Shown: positions 15,121 to 24,409 of the stretch, in pieces
Position numbering within the stretch: the stretch's first letter is position 1
How the letters are laid out: every line of letters begins with the position of its first letter
NCBI GenBank assembly: GCA_036525975.1
Contig: DATCZK010000001.1
Location: 5-64,004, forward strand
Reading direction: 5' to 3'
Source: Burkholderiaceae bacterium
GTDB lineage: Bacteria; Pseudomonadota; Gammaproteobacteria; Burkholderiales; Burkholderiaceae_E
DNA: 64,000 nt
Notes under the pieces: model-generated
Told to the model about the DNA's origin: nothing
Database searches by the model: none
What the model saw: the letters and a program-made list of their open reading frames with translations, nothing else
Translations under genes and position numbers: made by a program

Positions 15121-15885
15121 TCAGCGTCCTTGCGTCGCCGCCCGGATCGCCAGCGACGCGGCGGCGAAGCCCATCGTCGCGGTCACCGTCACGATCGAGC
15201 CGTAGCCGGCGCAGGCGAGCGCCGCGCCCGCCCCGGAACCCGCCGCGCCCCGGGACGCGGCTTCGCCGGTGCGCTGCGCGTCGAAGTGCAGCGCCGGCAC
15301 GCCGAACGCGCGATCGCGCTCGCGCGTGAAGCCGTGGTCGCGCCGAAGGCGCGAGCGCACCGACGCGAGCAGGCGGTCGCCGCGCGCGATCGCGAGGTCG
15401 GTGCATCGCAGCCCGAGCGGGTCGGCGATCGCGCCGGCCGCGCCGCACACGACGATCGGCTGGCGCCTTTGCGCGCACACCGAGATCATCGCCGCCTTCG
15501 CGCGCGGCTGGTCGATCGCGTCGATCACGATCGCGCCCTCGGGCAGCAGCTCGCCGGCATTGGCGTGCGTGACGAAGTCGTCCACGAGTTCCACCGCGCA
15601 GTCCGCGGAGATCTGCGCGATGCGCTGCGCCATCACCGCGATCTTCGACGCCCCGAGCGTGGCCTCGAGCGCGTGCACCTGGCGGTTGAGGTTGGATTCG
15701 GCAACGTGATCGAGGTCGATCAGCGTGAGCCGCCCGACGCCGCTGCGCGCGAGCGCCTCGGCCGCCCACGACCCCACGCCACCCACGCCGGCGATCGCCA
15801 CGTGCGCGCCGCGCAGCCGCTCGAGCGCGTCACCGCCGAGCAGGCGCGCCACGCCGCCGAAGCGGCGCGCGTGTTCTTGCTGCAC
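15121..15885 (-). CDS. tcdA: tRNA threonylcarbamoyladenosine dehydratase (ThiF/E1-like, TcdA/CsdL)
   Basis: 254 aa. Sequence RFGGVARLLGGDALERLRGAHVAIAGVGGVGSWAAEALARSGVGRLTLIDLDHVAESNLNRQ shows the ThiF-family Rossmann fold with the typical TcdA N-terminus. Confidence 0.88.
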   Translation of the reverse strand: MQQEHARRFGGVARLLGGDALERLRGAHVAIAGVGGVGSWAAEALARSGVGRLTLIDLDHVAESNLNRQVHALEATLGASKIAVMAQRIAQISADCAVELVDDFVTHANAGELLPEGAIVIDAIDQPRAKAAMISVCAQRRQPIVVCGAAGAIADPLGLRCTDLAIARGDRLLASVRSRLRRDHGFTRERDRAFGVPALHFDAQRTGEAASRGAAGSGAGAALACAGYGSIVTVTATMGFAAASLAIRAATQGR

Positions 15886-15898
15886 GGCGCGCCGCGCC

Positions 15899-16867
15899 TC
15901 AGGGCAGCAGCAGCGTGGAGCCGGTGGTCTTGCGGCTCTCGAGGTCGCGGTGCGCCTGGACCACGTCGCCGAGCCGGTAGCGCTGGTCGATCTCGATCTT
16001 CACCTTGCCGCTGGAGACCATCCGGATCAGGTCGGCCGACATCTCCTCGAGGTTGGCGCGGTTCGCGGTGTGCGCCATCAACGAAGGGCGGGTGATGTAG
16101 AGCGAGCCCTTGAGCGCCATCAGCGACATCGGGGCGACCGCCCCCGACGCATTGCCGAAGCTCACCATCAGCCCGAAGGGCTGCAGGCAATCGAGCGACG
16201 CCTGGAAGGTGTCCTTGCCGACGCCGTCGTAGACCACCGGAACCATCTTGCCCCCGGTGATCTCGCGCACGCGCTCGACGATGTTCTCCTCGCGGTACAG
16301 GATCGTGTGGTCGCAGCCGTACTTGCGCGCGAGCGCGGCCTTCTCCTCGGAACCCGCCGTGCCGATCACCGTCACGCCCAGCGCCTTGGCCCACTGCATC
16401 GCGATCAGCCCGACGCCGCCCGCCGCGGCGTGAAACAGGATCGTCTGCCCTTTGTGCAGCTTGTAGGTGCGGTGGAACAGGTACTGCACGGTGAGGCCCT
16501 TCAACATCATCGCCGCGCCCGTCTCGTAGCTGATCGTGCGCGGCAGCTTCACCAGCGGCTTCACCGACATGTTGCGAAGCTCGGCGTACGAGCCCGGCGG
16601 GCGGTCGGCGTAGGCGACGCGATCGCCCACTTTCAGGCCGGTGACCCCGGCGCCCACCGCGGTGACCTCGCCGGCAGCCTCCAGGCCGATGCCGGCGGGC
16701 AGCGGCTGCGGGTACAGGCCGGTGCGGAAGTACACGTCGATGTAGTTCAGCCCGATCGCGTGGTTGCGCACCTGCGCCTCGCCCGGGCCCGGCGCGCCGA
16801 CTTCCACGTCCACGTACTTCATCACCTCGGGGCCGCCGGTGGTCTCGATTCTGATTGCCTTGGTCAT
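15899..16867 (-). CDS. qor: NADPH:quinone oxidoreductase (zeta-crystallin-type MDR)
   Basis: Real part of track ORF 15899..19054: MTKAIRIETTGGPEVMKYVDVEVGAPGPGEAQVRNHAIGLNYIDVYFRTGLYP.. with AAAGGVG nucleotide motif; 322 aa. An alternative start is 4 codons upstream, at 16879. Confidence 0.9.
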   Translation of the reverse strand: MTKAIRIETTGGPEVMKYVDVEVGAPGPGEAQVRNHAIGLNYIDVYFRTGLYPQPLPAGIGLEAAGEVTAVGAGVTGLKVGDRVAYADRPPGSYAELRNMSVKPLVKLPRTISYETGAAMMLKGLTVQYLFHRTYKLHKGQTILFHAAAGGVGLIAMQWAKALGVTVIGTAGSEEKAALARKYGCDHTILYREENIVERVREITGGKMVPVVYDGVGKDTFQASLDCLQPFGLMVSFGNASGAVAPMSLMALKGSLYITRPSLMAHTANRANLEEMSADLIRMVSSGKVKIEIDQRYRLGDVVQAHRDLESRKTTGSTLLLP

Positions 16868-16901
16868 CTTCTTTCCCATTGAAGTCGGTGGGCACGCGCG
16901 A

Positions 16902-16923
16902 GCGCCCGCCCGCGGGCGGGCGC
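16902..16923 (-). terminator. GC-rich hairpin between the carbamoylase operon and qor (possible terminator; no U-tract)
   Basis: GCGCCCGCC-CGCG-GGCGGGCGC: perfect 9-bp stem, 4-nt loop, about 40 nt downstream of the stop at 16966. Confidence 0.3.
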
Positions 16924-16965
16924 GCCTGTTCGCATGCAATTGAAAGTATAGCGAGCGACGCGCGC

Positions 16966-17901
16966 TCAGGGCGGCGGGATCGCGCCCTTGCGTTCCACGA
17001 TCATCGCGTAGGCCTGCGGCTCGCGATGGCGCGCGAAGTTGAACGTGGTGGTCTTGTACGACTTCGTGAGGTCGAGGTCGCAGCGCGCGATCGCCAGCTC
17101 GTCGGCGCTGGTCGTGCACGCGCCGACGATCTCGCCCGAGGGCGCGACGACGATCGAATTGCCGATCTGGTCCACGCCCTCCTCCACGCCGGCCTTGGCC
17201 ACGCCCACCACCCACGTGCCGTTCTGGTAGGCGCCCGCCTGCATCACGAGCTCGTTGTGGAAGTGCGAGAGGTTGTCGTGCTCGGGCGCCGGCGGATTGT
17301 GCACCGGCGTGTTGTACCCGATCAGCACCATCTCCACGCCCTGCAGCCCCATCACCCGGTAGCTCTCGGGCCAGCGGCGGTCGTTGCAGATGCACATGCC
17401 GACCAGGCCGCCGAAGGCGCGAAACACCGGGAAGCCGAGGTTTCCGGTCTCGAAGTAGCGCTTCTCCAGGTGCTGGAACCTGCGCCAGGGCTCGTGCTCG
17501 GCGTGCCCGGGCAGGTGGATCTTGCGGTACTTGCCCACGATCGCGCCGGTCTTGTCGACCAGGATCGAGGTGTTGAAGCGGCGCGTGCGCCCGTCTTCCT
17601 CGGCGAGCTCGGCGTAGCCGAGGTAGAAACCGACGCCCAGCTCGCGCGCGGCCTCGAACAGCGGCCGCGTCTCGGGGCCGGGCATCTCGCGCTCGAAGAA
17701 CGCGTCGACTTCCTCCTGGCGCTCGAAGTACCAGCGCGGGAAGAAGGTCGTGAGCGCGAGCTCCGGGAACACGACCAGGTCGCAGCCGTGCGACCTCGCC
17801 TGCGTCATCAGCGCCAGCATGCGCGCGACGACCTGGGTGCGCGACTCGGCGCGCGCGATCGGGCCGAGCTGCGCGGCAGCCACGGTGACGATTCTCGACA
17901 T
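16966..17901 (-). CDS. N-carbamoyl-D-amino-acid hydrolase (D-carbamoylase; nitrilase superfamily)
   Basis: 311 aa. Long stretches match the Agrobacterium D-carbamoylase as I remember it: VFPELALTTFFPRW, RRFNTSILVDKTGAIVGKYRKIHLPGH, FQHLEKRYFE, CNDRRWPE, GYNTPVHNPPAPEHD. Confidence 0.92.
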   Translation of the reverse strand: MSRIVTVAAAQLGPIARAESRTQVVARMLALMTQARSHGCDLVVFPELALTTFFPRWYFERQEEVDAFFEREMPGPETRPLFEAARELGVGFYLGYAELAEEDGRTRRFNTSILVDKTGAIVGKYRKIHLPGHAEHEPWRRFQHLEKRYFETGNLGFPVFRAFGGLVGMCICNDRRWPESYRVMGLQGVEMVLIGYNTPVHNPPAPEHDNLSHFHNELVMQAGAYQNGTWVVGVAKAGVEEGVDQIGNSIVVAPSGEIVGACTTSADELAIARCDLDLTKSYKTTTFNFARHREPQAYAMIVERKGAIPPP

Positions 17902-17904
17902 GGA

Positions 17905-19155
17905 CTACTCCTGCGAAGCGAGCTCGAGCAGCGTGTGCAGCAGCACGTTGGCACCGGCCTGCAGGTCTGCGGGCTCGGTGTGCTCGGCGGGGTTGTGGCT
18001 GATGCCCTTCACGCTGGGCACGAAGATCATTGCGCTCGGGCAGATTCGCGCGAACATCTGCGCGTCGTGCCCCGCGCCGGAGGTCATCCGGCGGTGCGAG
18101 TGGCCCAGTTGCGCCGCAACGGCCTCCACCCGGTCGGCCAGCGCGGCGTCGAAAGTCACCGGCTCGAAGCGCGCGAGCCGGCGCGTCTCGATCGAGACCT
18201 TCTCGTCGCTGGCGAGCTCGCGCAGGAACTGCTCGAGCCGCGCCTCGGCGTGGCGCAGCAGTTCCTCGTCGGTGTTGCGCAGGTCGGCGGTGAGCGTGGC
18301 GCGCGCCGCGATCACGTTGATCAGGTTCGGGTGCAGGTCCACCTTGCCCACCGTGCAAACCTGCGACCCGCCCATCTCGCGCGCGAGCGCGCGCAGGAAC
18401 GCGGCGATCGCCGCCGCGCAGTAGCCCGCGTCGCGGCGCAGGCGCATCGGCGTGGTGCCCGCGTGGTTCGACTGCCCGGTGATGGTGATCTCCTGCCACG
18501 AGATGCCCTGCAGGTTCTCCACCGCGCCGATCGTCACGCCCTCGGCGTCGAGCACGGGGCCCTGCTCGATGTGCAGCTCGAGGTAGGCGCTGGGCCTGAA
18601 CTGGCCGAGCGGCGCGGTGCCGGCGTAGCCGATGCGCCGGAGCTCCTCGCCCAGCACCTTGCCGTCGATCGAGACCGCCGCCAGCGCCTCGTCGAGCGGC
18701 ATCCCGCCCACGTACACGAGCGAGCCCAGCATGTCGGGGGCGAAGCGCGCGCCCTCCTCGTCGCTGAAGAACGCGACCACGATCGGCCGGCGCGTGACGA
18801 TGCCCGCGTCGTTCAGCGTCTGCACCACCTCGAGCCCGCCGATCACGCCCAGGTTGCCGTCGTAGCGCCCGCCCGTGCGCACCGTGTCGATGTGCGAGCC
18901 CGTCATCACCGGGTCGAGCGGCTCGGCGCCGCGGCGCAGGCCGAAGACGTTGCCGATCGGGTCGATCGACACCTCCAGCCCGAGCTCGCGCATCCAGCCC
19001 GCGACCAGGTCGCGGCCGCGGCGGTCTTCGTCGCTGAACGCGAGCCGGCAGCACCCGCCGCCCTCGATCGCGCCGATCTCGGCGAGCGCGTCGAGCCGGC
19101 GCAGCAGGCGCTTTGCGTCGACGCGAAGCGCCCGGTGTTCCGTCGCCGCGCTCAC
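17905..19155 (-). CDS. M20-family Zn-dependent amidohydrolase (allantoate amidohydrolase / N-carbamoyl-L-amino-acid hydrolase / beta-ureidopropionase type)
   Basis: Real part of track ORF 17905..20019. The GTG start at 19155 overlaps the dpaL stop as GTGA. Sequence: ..RLDALAEIGAIEGGGCCRLAFSDEDRRGRDLVAGWMRELGLEVSIDPIGNVFG..MTGSHIDTV..GGRYDGNLGV..; 416 aa. Confidence 0.88.
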   Translation of the reverse strand: MSAATEHRALRVDAKRLLRRLDALAEIGAIEGGGCCRLAFSDEDRRGRDLVAGWMRELGLEVSIDPIGNVFGLRRGAEPLDPVMTGSHIDTVRTGGRYDGNLGVIGGLEVVQTLNDAGIVTRRPIVVAFFSDEEGARFAPDMLGSLVYVGGMPLDEALAAVSIDGKVLGEELRRIGYAGTAPLGQFRPSAYLELHIEQGPVLDAEGVTIGAVENLQGISWQEITITGQSNHAGTTPMRLRRDAGYCAAAIAAFLRALAREMGGSQVCTVGKVDLHPNLINVIAARATLTADLRNTDEELLRHAEARLEQFLRELASDEKVSIETRRLARFEPVTFDAALADRVEAVAAQLGHSHRRMTSGAGHDAQMFARICPSAMIFVPSVKGISHNPAEHTEPADLQAGANVLLHTLLELASQE

Positions 19156-20375
19156 GCCATCACCTGCTCGGCGCTGCGCCCCACGATCGAGCGATGGATC
19201 TCGGGATCGGTGTCGCCTTCGCTCCCGAGCAGCAGCACGCGCGAATCGGGCCCGAGGCCGAGCGCGGCGCGCAACTGCGCGTTGCCGCGCGTTGCGAGCA
19301 GCGCGGCGAGGCCGGCCGCGCCGGTCTCGCCCGAGACGATGGCCGGGTCGCCCGCCGCCGGGTCGTCGAAGGCGCGCACGCCCTCGAGCGCGAAGCGATC
19401 GGCCACCGCCATGTACGCGTCGGCGGCGCCCGAGACGATCTCCCAGGCGAGCGGCGAAACCTCGCCGCACGCGAGCCCCGCCATCACGGTGTCGAGGTCG
19501 CCGTGCACGGCCACCGGCCGGCCCGCGAGCGCGCTCTGGAAGAAGCAGTCGGCGCGCTCGGGCTCCACCACGACCACGCGCGGCCGGCGCTCGCCCCAGG
19601 CGATCCAGAAGTTCGCGCACACCGACGCCGCCAGCGCGCCCACCCCGGCCTGCACGAACACGTGCGTGGGCGGCTCCTGCCCGAAGCCCGCGACCACCTC
19701 GCGCGACATCACGCCGTAGCCGTGCATCACGTCCACCGGAATGTCGCGATAGCCCTCGTAGGTGGTGTCGGACACCACCGTCCAGCCGTTGCGCTCGGCC
19801 CGCTCGGCGGCGTGGCGCACCGAGTCGTCGTAGTTGCCGGCCACGCGCACTGCCTCGGCGCCGAAGCGCGCGATCGCGGCGCGCCGGCCCTCGCTCACCG
19901 TGGCGTGGACGTAGATCACGCAGCGGCACCCGAAGAGCTGCGCCCCCCAGGCGACCGAGCGGCCGTGGTTGCCGTCGGTGGCGCAGGTCACGGTGACCCT
20001 GGAGGCAGCGTCGCGCCACCGCCCGGCGATCAGGTCGGCCGAGGTCACCGGCACGCCGCCGTTGGCGGCCTCGATCCGCGACTTGAGCAGCCGGAACACC
20101 GCGTAGGCGCCGCCCAGCGCCTTGAAGCTCTTGAGCCCGAAGCGACTGCCTTCGTCCTTGTAGCGCAGACCGGCCAGGCCCAGCGACGACGCCAGCCCCG
20201 GCAAGCGGTGCAGCGGCGTTGCGGCGTAGCCCGGCCAGCCCGCGATCTCGCGCTCGGCGGCGGCGAAGCCCGCCTCGCCGAGGATCGCGGAGCGGGCCGC
20301 GCCGTAGGGTTCCCCGCGCGCGGCGGCGCGGGGATTGGGAAGTACGCGGACGCCGTCCGCCTGCAAGACGATCAT
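19152..20375 (-). CDS. dpaL: Diaminopropionate ammonia-lyase (PLP-dependent, YgeX/DpaL type)
   Basis: 407 aa. It has ..LRYKDEGSRFGLKSFKALGGAYAV.. (PLP-lysine region) and ..TCATDGNHGRSVAWGAQLFG.., with length and pattern typical of DpaL. Confidence 0.88.
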   Translation of the reverse strand: MIVLQADGVRVLPNPRAAARGEPYGAARSAILGEAGFAAAEREIAGWPGYAATPLHRLPGLASSLGLAGLRYKDEGSRFGLKSFKALGGAYAVFRLLKSRIEAANGGVPVTSADLIAGRWRDAASRVTVTCATDGNHGRSVAWGAQLFGCRCVIYVHATVSEGRRAAIARFGAEAVRVAGNYDDSVRHAAERAERNGWTVVSDTTYEGYRDIPVDVMHGYGVMSREVVAGFGQEPPTHVFVQAGVGALAASVCANFWIAWGERRPRVVVVEPERADCFFQSALAGRPVAVHGDLDTVMAGLACGEVSPLAWEIVSGAADAYMAVADRFALEGVRAFDDPAAGDPAIVSGETGAAGLAALLATRGNAQLRAALGLGPDSRVLLLGSEGDTDPEIHRSIVGRSAEQVMA

Positions 20376-20391
20376 CCGCGCATGACCCCGA

Positions 20392-21438
20392 TTACTTGCT
20401 GTGCTTGGCGATGTCGGCGAGCATCGCGTTCAACATCGCGGTGCCCTCGGCGCCGAGCTGCTCCTCGATGATCTTGCGCACCGCGGGCTGCGACGACGCG
20501 GCGAACTTCTTCAGCTCGGCGGCCGGCACGGCGTTGACCTTCATCTTCTTGGCGAGCTTCGGAATGCCCTTCTCGGTGGAGGCCTCGATGATGCGCGAGA
20601 TGCCGCGCCCGGCGTTCACGGCCACGTCGGCCGCTTCGTCCACGATCTTCTTCTCTTCGGCCGTGAGGCTGTTGTAGAACTTCGGGCTCACGAACCAGAA
20701 GTACGGCGTGATCACGTGGTTGGTGATCGACAGGTACTTCTGCACTTCGTCGAACTTCGCGAAAGCGATGATCGGCACCGGGTTCATCTGGCCGTCGGCC
20801 ACGCCGGTCTGCAGCGCGGTGTACACCTCGGCCCAGGGCAGCGCGGTGGGCTGGCCGCCGAGCGAGCGGACGATCGCCTCGTGCGTGGGAAGCGTCATCG
20901 TGCGGATGCGCAGGCCCGCCATGTCGGCGGCGCTGGTGATCGGCTTCTTGTTGTTGGAAAAGGCGAAGAAGCCGCCCGAATCGAGCAGGCCGAGCACCTT
21001 CAGGCCGGTCTTGGCCTGCAGGTCGGCGGTGAACTTCTTGCCGAAGTCGCTGTCCTTGTCGATCACCTTGTCGGCCACCGCGATGTTCGGGAACGCGAAC
21101 GGCAGGTCGAACACGCCCACCATCTTGTAGTGCGAAGCAACGCCGCCCGAGGACGAGATCACCGACTCGACGATGCCGTCGCGCACCTGCTGGATGACTT
21201 CGTTGTCCTTGCCCAGCTGGCCGTTGGCGAAGATCTGCACCTTGATGCCGCCGTTGGTGGCCGTCTCGACCAGGTTCTTGAACACCGCGGCCATCGCGCC
21301 CGAGTGGCTGTCGAAGGGGCTGTCGGGGTTCAGGTGCGCGATGCGCATGGTCTTCTGCGCGAACGCCGGAGAGGCGCCGATGACCGCGGCAACGGCGGTG
21401 GCCGCGGCTGCGAATGCCAGTTTGCGGAAAGCTCTCAT
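20392..21438 (-). CDS. dctP: TRAP transporter substrate-binding protein (DctP family)
   Basis: 348 aa with signal peptide ..ASPAFA/QKT. DctP-family pattern (MRIAHLNPDSP..; ..KFDEVQKYLSITNH..). Confidence 0.9.
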   Translation of the reverse strand: MRAFRKLAFAAAATAVAAVIGASPAFAQKTMRIAHLNPDSPFDSHSGAMAAVFKNLVETATNGGIKVQIFANGQLGKDNEVIQQVRDGIVESVISSSGGVASHYKMVGVFDLPFAFPNIAVADKVIDKDSDFGKKFTADLQAKTGLKVLGLLDSGGFFAFSNNKKPITSAADMAGLRIRTMTLPTHEAIVRSLGGQPTALPWAEVYTALQTGVADGQMNPVPIIAFAKFDEVQKYLSITNHVITPYFWFVSPKFYNSLTAEEKKIVDEAADVAVNAGRGISRIIEASTEKGIPKLAKKMKVNAVPAAELKKFAASSQPAVRKIIEEQLGAEGTAMLNAMLADIAKHSK

Positions 21439-21495
21439 TTCAATACCTCCTGGTTCAACGATCGAAAAAGGGTTGATTCGGGAACGCGCGGTCGA

Positions 21496-22785
21496 TCAAT
21501 CCACGAGCCCGAGCAAGCGCGGAACGAACAGGGTGAGGTCCGACCAGTAGGCGATCAGCCCGAGGATCGCCACCTCGGCGATCAGGAACGGCCAGAGCGA
21601 CCTGGCGATGCGCTCGATGCGCTCGCCGGTGACCGAGGCGAGCACGAACAGGCACGCGCCCACCGGCGGCGTCATCAGCGAGATGTTAAGCGCCAGCACG
21701 ATCATGACGCCGGCGTGCACCGGATCCATGCCGATCGCCACGGTGAGCGGCGCGAGCACCGGCGCGAGGATCACGAGCATCGCGTTGATGTCCATGAACA
21801 TGCCGATGAACAGCAGCAGCGCGAGGATCAGCCCGATGATCACCTTCGGGTCTTCCGAGACCGCGAGGAACGCCGTGGCGATCATCTGCGGGATCTGGTT
21901 GAAGGTCATCCACCACCCGAGGATCGACGCCGAGGCGATGATCAGGAACACCACGCCGGTGATGCGCGCGGTGCGCACGAGCATCTGGTACAGGTCGGGC
22001 AGGCTCAGCTTGCGGTAGACCACGCCGCCCATGAACAGCGCGTAGGCGATCGCGATCGCCGCCGCCTCGGTGGGCGTGGCGATCCCGCCCAGGATCGAGC
22101 CCAGGATGAACACCGGCATCGCCAGCGCGGCGAGCCCGTCCTTGAACGCGACGAAGATCAGCCGCAGGCTCGGCCGCCCCTCGCCCTTGGGCAGGTTCCA
22201 GCGCCTGCCGAAGGCGGCGATCACGGCCATGCAGATCAGGCAGATCAGCAGGCCAGGAAGAATCCCGGCGGCGAACAGCCCGGCGATCGACACGCCCATC
22301 AGCGAGCCGTAGATGATCATCAGGTTCGACGGCGGAATCGTGGGCCCGATGATCGACCCCGCGGCCGTCACGGCGCAGGCGAAGGGGCGCGTGTAGCCCT
22401 TCTTCACCATCGCCGGCACCAGCGTGTTGCCAAACGCCGCGGCGTCGGCGGTGGCCGCGCCGGTGAGCCCGGCGAACATCACCGAGGCCACCATGTTCGA
22501 GTGCGCCATCCCGCCGCGCAGGTAGCCCACCAGCGCGTCGGCCAGCGCGATCAGCCGGTCGGTGATGCCCGAGCGGTTCATGATCTCGCCGGCGAGGATG
22601 AAGAACGGCATCGCGAGGAAGGTGAACAGGTCCAGCCCCGCGAAGAAGCGCTCGGGCGCCATGAGCAGGAAGCGGCCGCCCGGGTCGATCGTGAACATGC
22701 CCACGATGCCCGCGATCCCGAGCAGGTAGCCGATCGGCATCCCGAGCAGCAGCAGGCCGAAGAAGGTGACGGCCACGTAGATCAC
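21496..22785 (-). CDS. dctM: TRAP transporter large permease (DctM family)
   Basis: Real part of track ORF 21496..23310. The GTG start at 22785 overlaps the dctQ stop (GTGA). VIYVAVTFFGLLLLGMPIGYLLG.. is a polytopic membrane protein of about 429 aa. Confidence 0.9.
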   Translation of the reverse strand: MIYVAVTFFGLLLLGMPIGYLLGIAGIVGMFTIDPGGRFLLMAPERFFAGLDLFTFLAMPFFILAGEIMNRSGITDRLIALADALVGYLRGGMAHSNMVASVMFAGLTGAATADAAAFGNTLVPAMVKKGYTRPFACAVTAAGSIIGPTIPPSNLMIIYGSLMGVSIAGLFAAGILPGLLICLICMAVIAAFGRRWNLPKGEGRPSLRLIFVAFKDGLAALAMPVFILGSILGGIATPTEAAAIAIAYALFMGGVVYRKLSLPDLYQMLVRTARITGVVFLIIASASILGWWMTFNQIPQMIATAFLAVSEDPKVIIGLILALLLFIGMFMDINAMLVILAPVLAPLTVAIGMDPVHAGVMIVLALNISLMTPPVGACLFVLASVTGERIERIARSLWPFLIAEVAILGLIAYWSDLTLFVPRLLGLVD

Positions 22786-23312
22786 GGCGCGACGTGCTCG
22801 GGGTGCAGCCCGATGCGCGCCTGGTCGCGCACCGCGACCAGCGCGAGCTGGACGGCGGCGAGCGCCGCGGCCACCGGCACCGCGGCGAAGGGCAGCGCCT
22901 TGCTCATGCCGTAGATCATCGTGAAGGTGCGCGCGCCGCGCTCGGTGAGGCCCACGCCGTAGACGATGAGCAGCACGAAGAACGCGATGCCGAGCAGGTC
23001 GATGAGCAGCAGCAGCGCGCGGCGCGCCGCCAGCGGCAGCGCCGCGAACAGCATCTGCACGCCGATGTGCTCGCGCCGCGTGATGCCGCACGAGACCGCG
23101 AGCAGAGCCACCCAGATCATCAGGTAGCGCGCCGCCTCCTCCATGAACGTGATCGGCAGCGGCCAGACGTAGCGCACGATCACGCCGAGCCAGACGTCGA
23201 GCACGAGCACCACCATCAGCGCCACGCAGACGCGGTCGATCACGCGCGTGAGCCACTCGCTCGCGTTGTGCGCCTTCAGCGCCGCGCCGCCGAGCCCGGT
23301 CATGTCCCACAT
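22782..23312 (-). CDS. dctQ: TRAP transporter small permease (DctQ family)
   Basis: 176 aa with four hydrophobic helices. It sits immediately upstream of dctM and overlaps it. The start could be M1 or M4. Confidence 0.85.
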   Translation of the reverse strand: MWDMTGLGGAALKAHNASEWLTRVIDRVCVALMVVLVLDVWLGVIVRYVWPLPITFMEEAARYLMIWVALLAVSCGITRREHIGVQMLFAALPLAARRALLLLIDLLGIAFFVLLIVYGVGLTERGARTFTMIYGMSKALPFAAVPVAAALAAVQLALVAVRDQARIGLHPEHVAP

Positions 23313-23433
23313 CGATGCGTCTCCCCCTGTCGCGATCCCCGCGGCGCGCTGGCGGGCCGTTGCCGCCGCGCGAGGCCTTGTCGGCGGTCGCGTTTGCGCC
23401 TATTCTGGACCACGAATTTCAAAAAGTCCAACG

Positions 23434-24375
23434 ATGAAAAAGAAGTTTCAGCTGGTGCCGCCAGCCAAGGACGCGTCTGCCTCGGACGAGCAAGATCGAG
23501 GCCAACCGGCGAGGCGGCGTGCGCACGAGCGCGCGGCGCCGGCACTCGCCGCGCGCATCGAGCAGGCGTACGCGGCGATGCCGCCGAGCGAGAAGTCGGT
23601 GGCGAACCTGTTGCTCGAGTCGCCCGGGCGACTCGCGACGCATTCGGCCACCGAACTCGCGTCGCTCGCGCGATCGTCCAAGGCCGCGGTCACCCGCTGC
23701 ATGCGCCGGCTGGGATACGAGAGCTTCGCGCTGGCGCGCGCCGACGCGCGGCAGGCGCAGCAGTGGGGATCGCCGCTTTACCTCGCGGCCGTCGGCGAAG
23801 CCAGCGCACGCCGATCCGATCTCGACGCGCACGTTGCCGCGGACGTCGAGATCCTGAACAAGACGCGCGACGCGCTCTCGGAAGACGACCTGACCGCGGC
23901 TGCCCACGCGCTCGCCGGTGCGCGGCGCGTCGTTGTCCTCGGGTTCAGGAACAGCCATCTGCTCGCGGGTTTCGCCAGGGCGCAACTGGGGCTGTTGCGA
24001 CCCAACGTGGAGCTCGTTCCCACCGCGGGCGAGACGCTGGCCGAGGGTCTCGCCGAGCTCGGCCGCTCCGACGTCGTGCTCGCGCTCGGATTCAGGCGGC
24101 GCGTGCCCACCTTCGTGCGCGCGCTCGAGGTCGCGCACCGTGCCGGTGCGCGCATCGTCTACGTCACCGACCCCAGCGGCAGCGTCGCGCCGCGCACCGC
24201 AACCTGGACGCTTCGCTGCCACTGCCGCGGCGCCTCGCTGTTCGACAGCTACGTCGGCGCGATCAGCGTGCTCAACTACCTGGCCGCGCGGGTGGCGAGC
24301 CTGGTCGGGGAACCGGCCCGCAAGCGCCTGCAGGACGTGGAGCGGATGCACGGGGAACTGGGCGACCTGATCTGA
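23434..24375 (+). CDS. MurR/RpiR-family transcriptional regulator (HTH plus SIS domain)
   Basis: Start taken at MKKKFQLV (ATG 23434). ..MPPSEKSVANLLLESPGRLATHSATELASLARSSKAAVTRCMRRLGYESF.. is the RpiR HTH, followed by an SIS-like domain (ARRVVVLGFRNSHLLA..). It is divergent from the TRAP operon. Confidence 0.85.
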   Translation: MKKKFQLVPPAKDASASDEQDRGQPARRRAHERAAPALAARIEQAYAAMPPSEKSVANLLLESPGRLATHSATELASLARSSKAAVTRCMRRLGYESFALARADARQAQQWGSPLYLAAVGEASARRSDLDAHVAADVEILNKTRDALSEDDLTAAAHALAGARRVVVLGFRNSHLLAGFARAQLGLLRPNVELVPTAGETLAEGLAELGRSDVVLALGFRRRVPTFVRALEVAHRAGARIVYVTDPSGSVAPRTATWTLRCHCRGASLFDSYVGAISVLNYLAARVASLVGEPARKRLQDVERMHGELGDLI

Positions 24376-24409
24376 GCGAAAATCGCGGCGCCCACAAAGG
24401 AGCACCCGG

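Noticed and set aside
23406-23430. TGGAC-N15-GTCCA inverted repeat in the dctQ/rpiR divergent region as an RpiR operator
   Set aside because: The arms are only 5 bp and the spacer is long, which is expected by chance in 121 bp. I keep it as a note rather than a feature.
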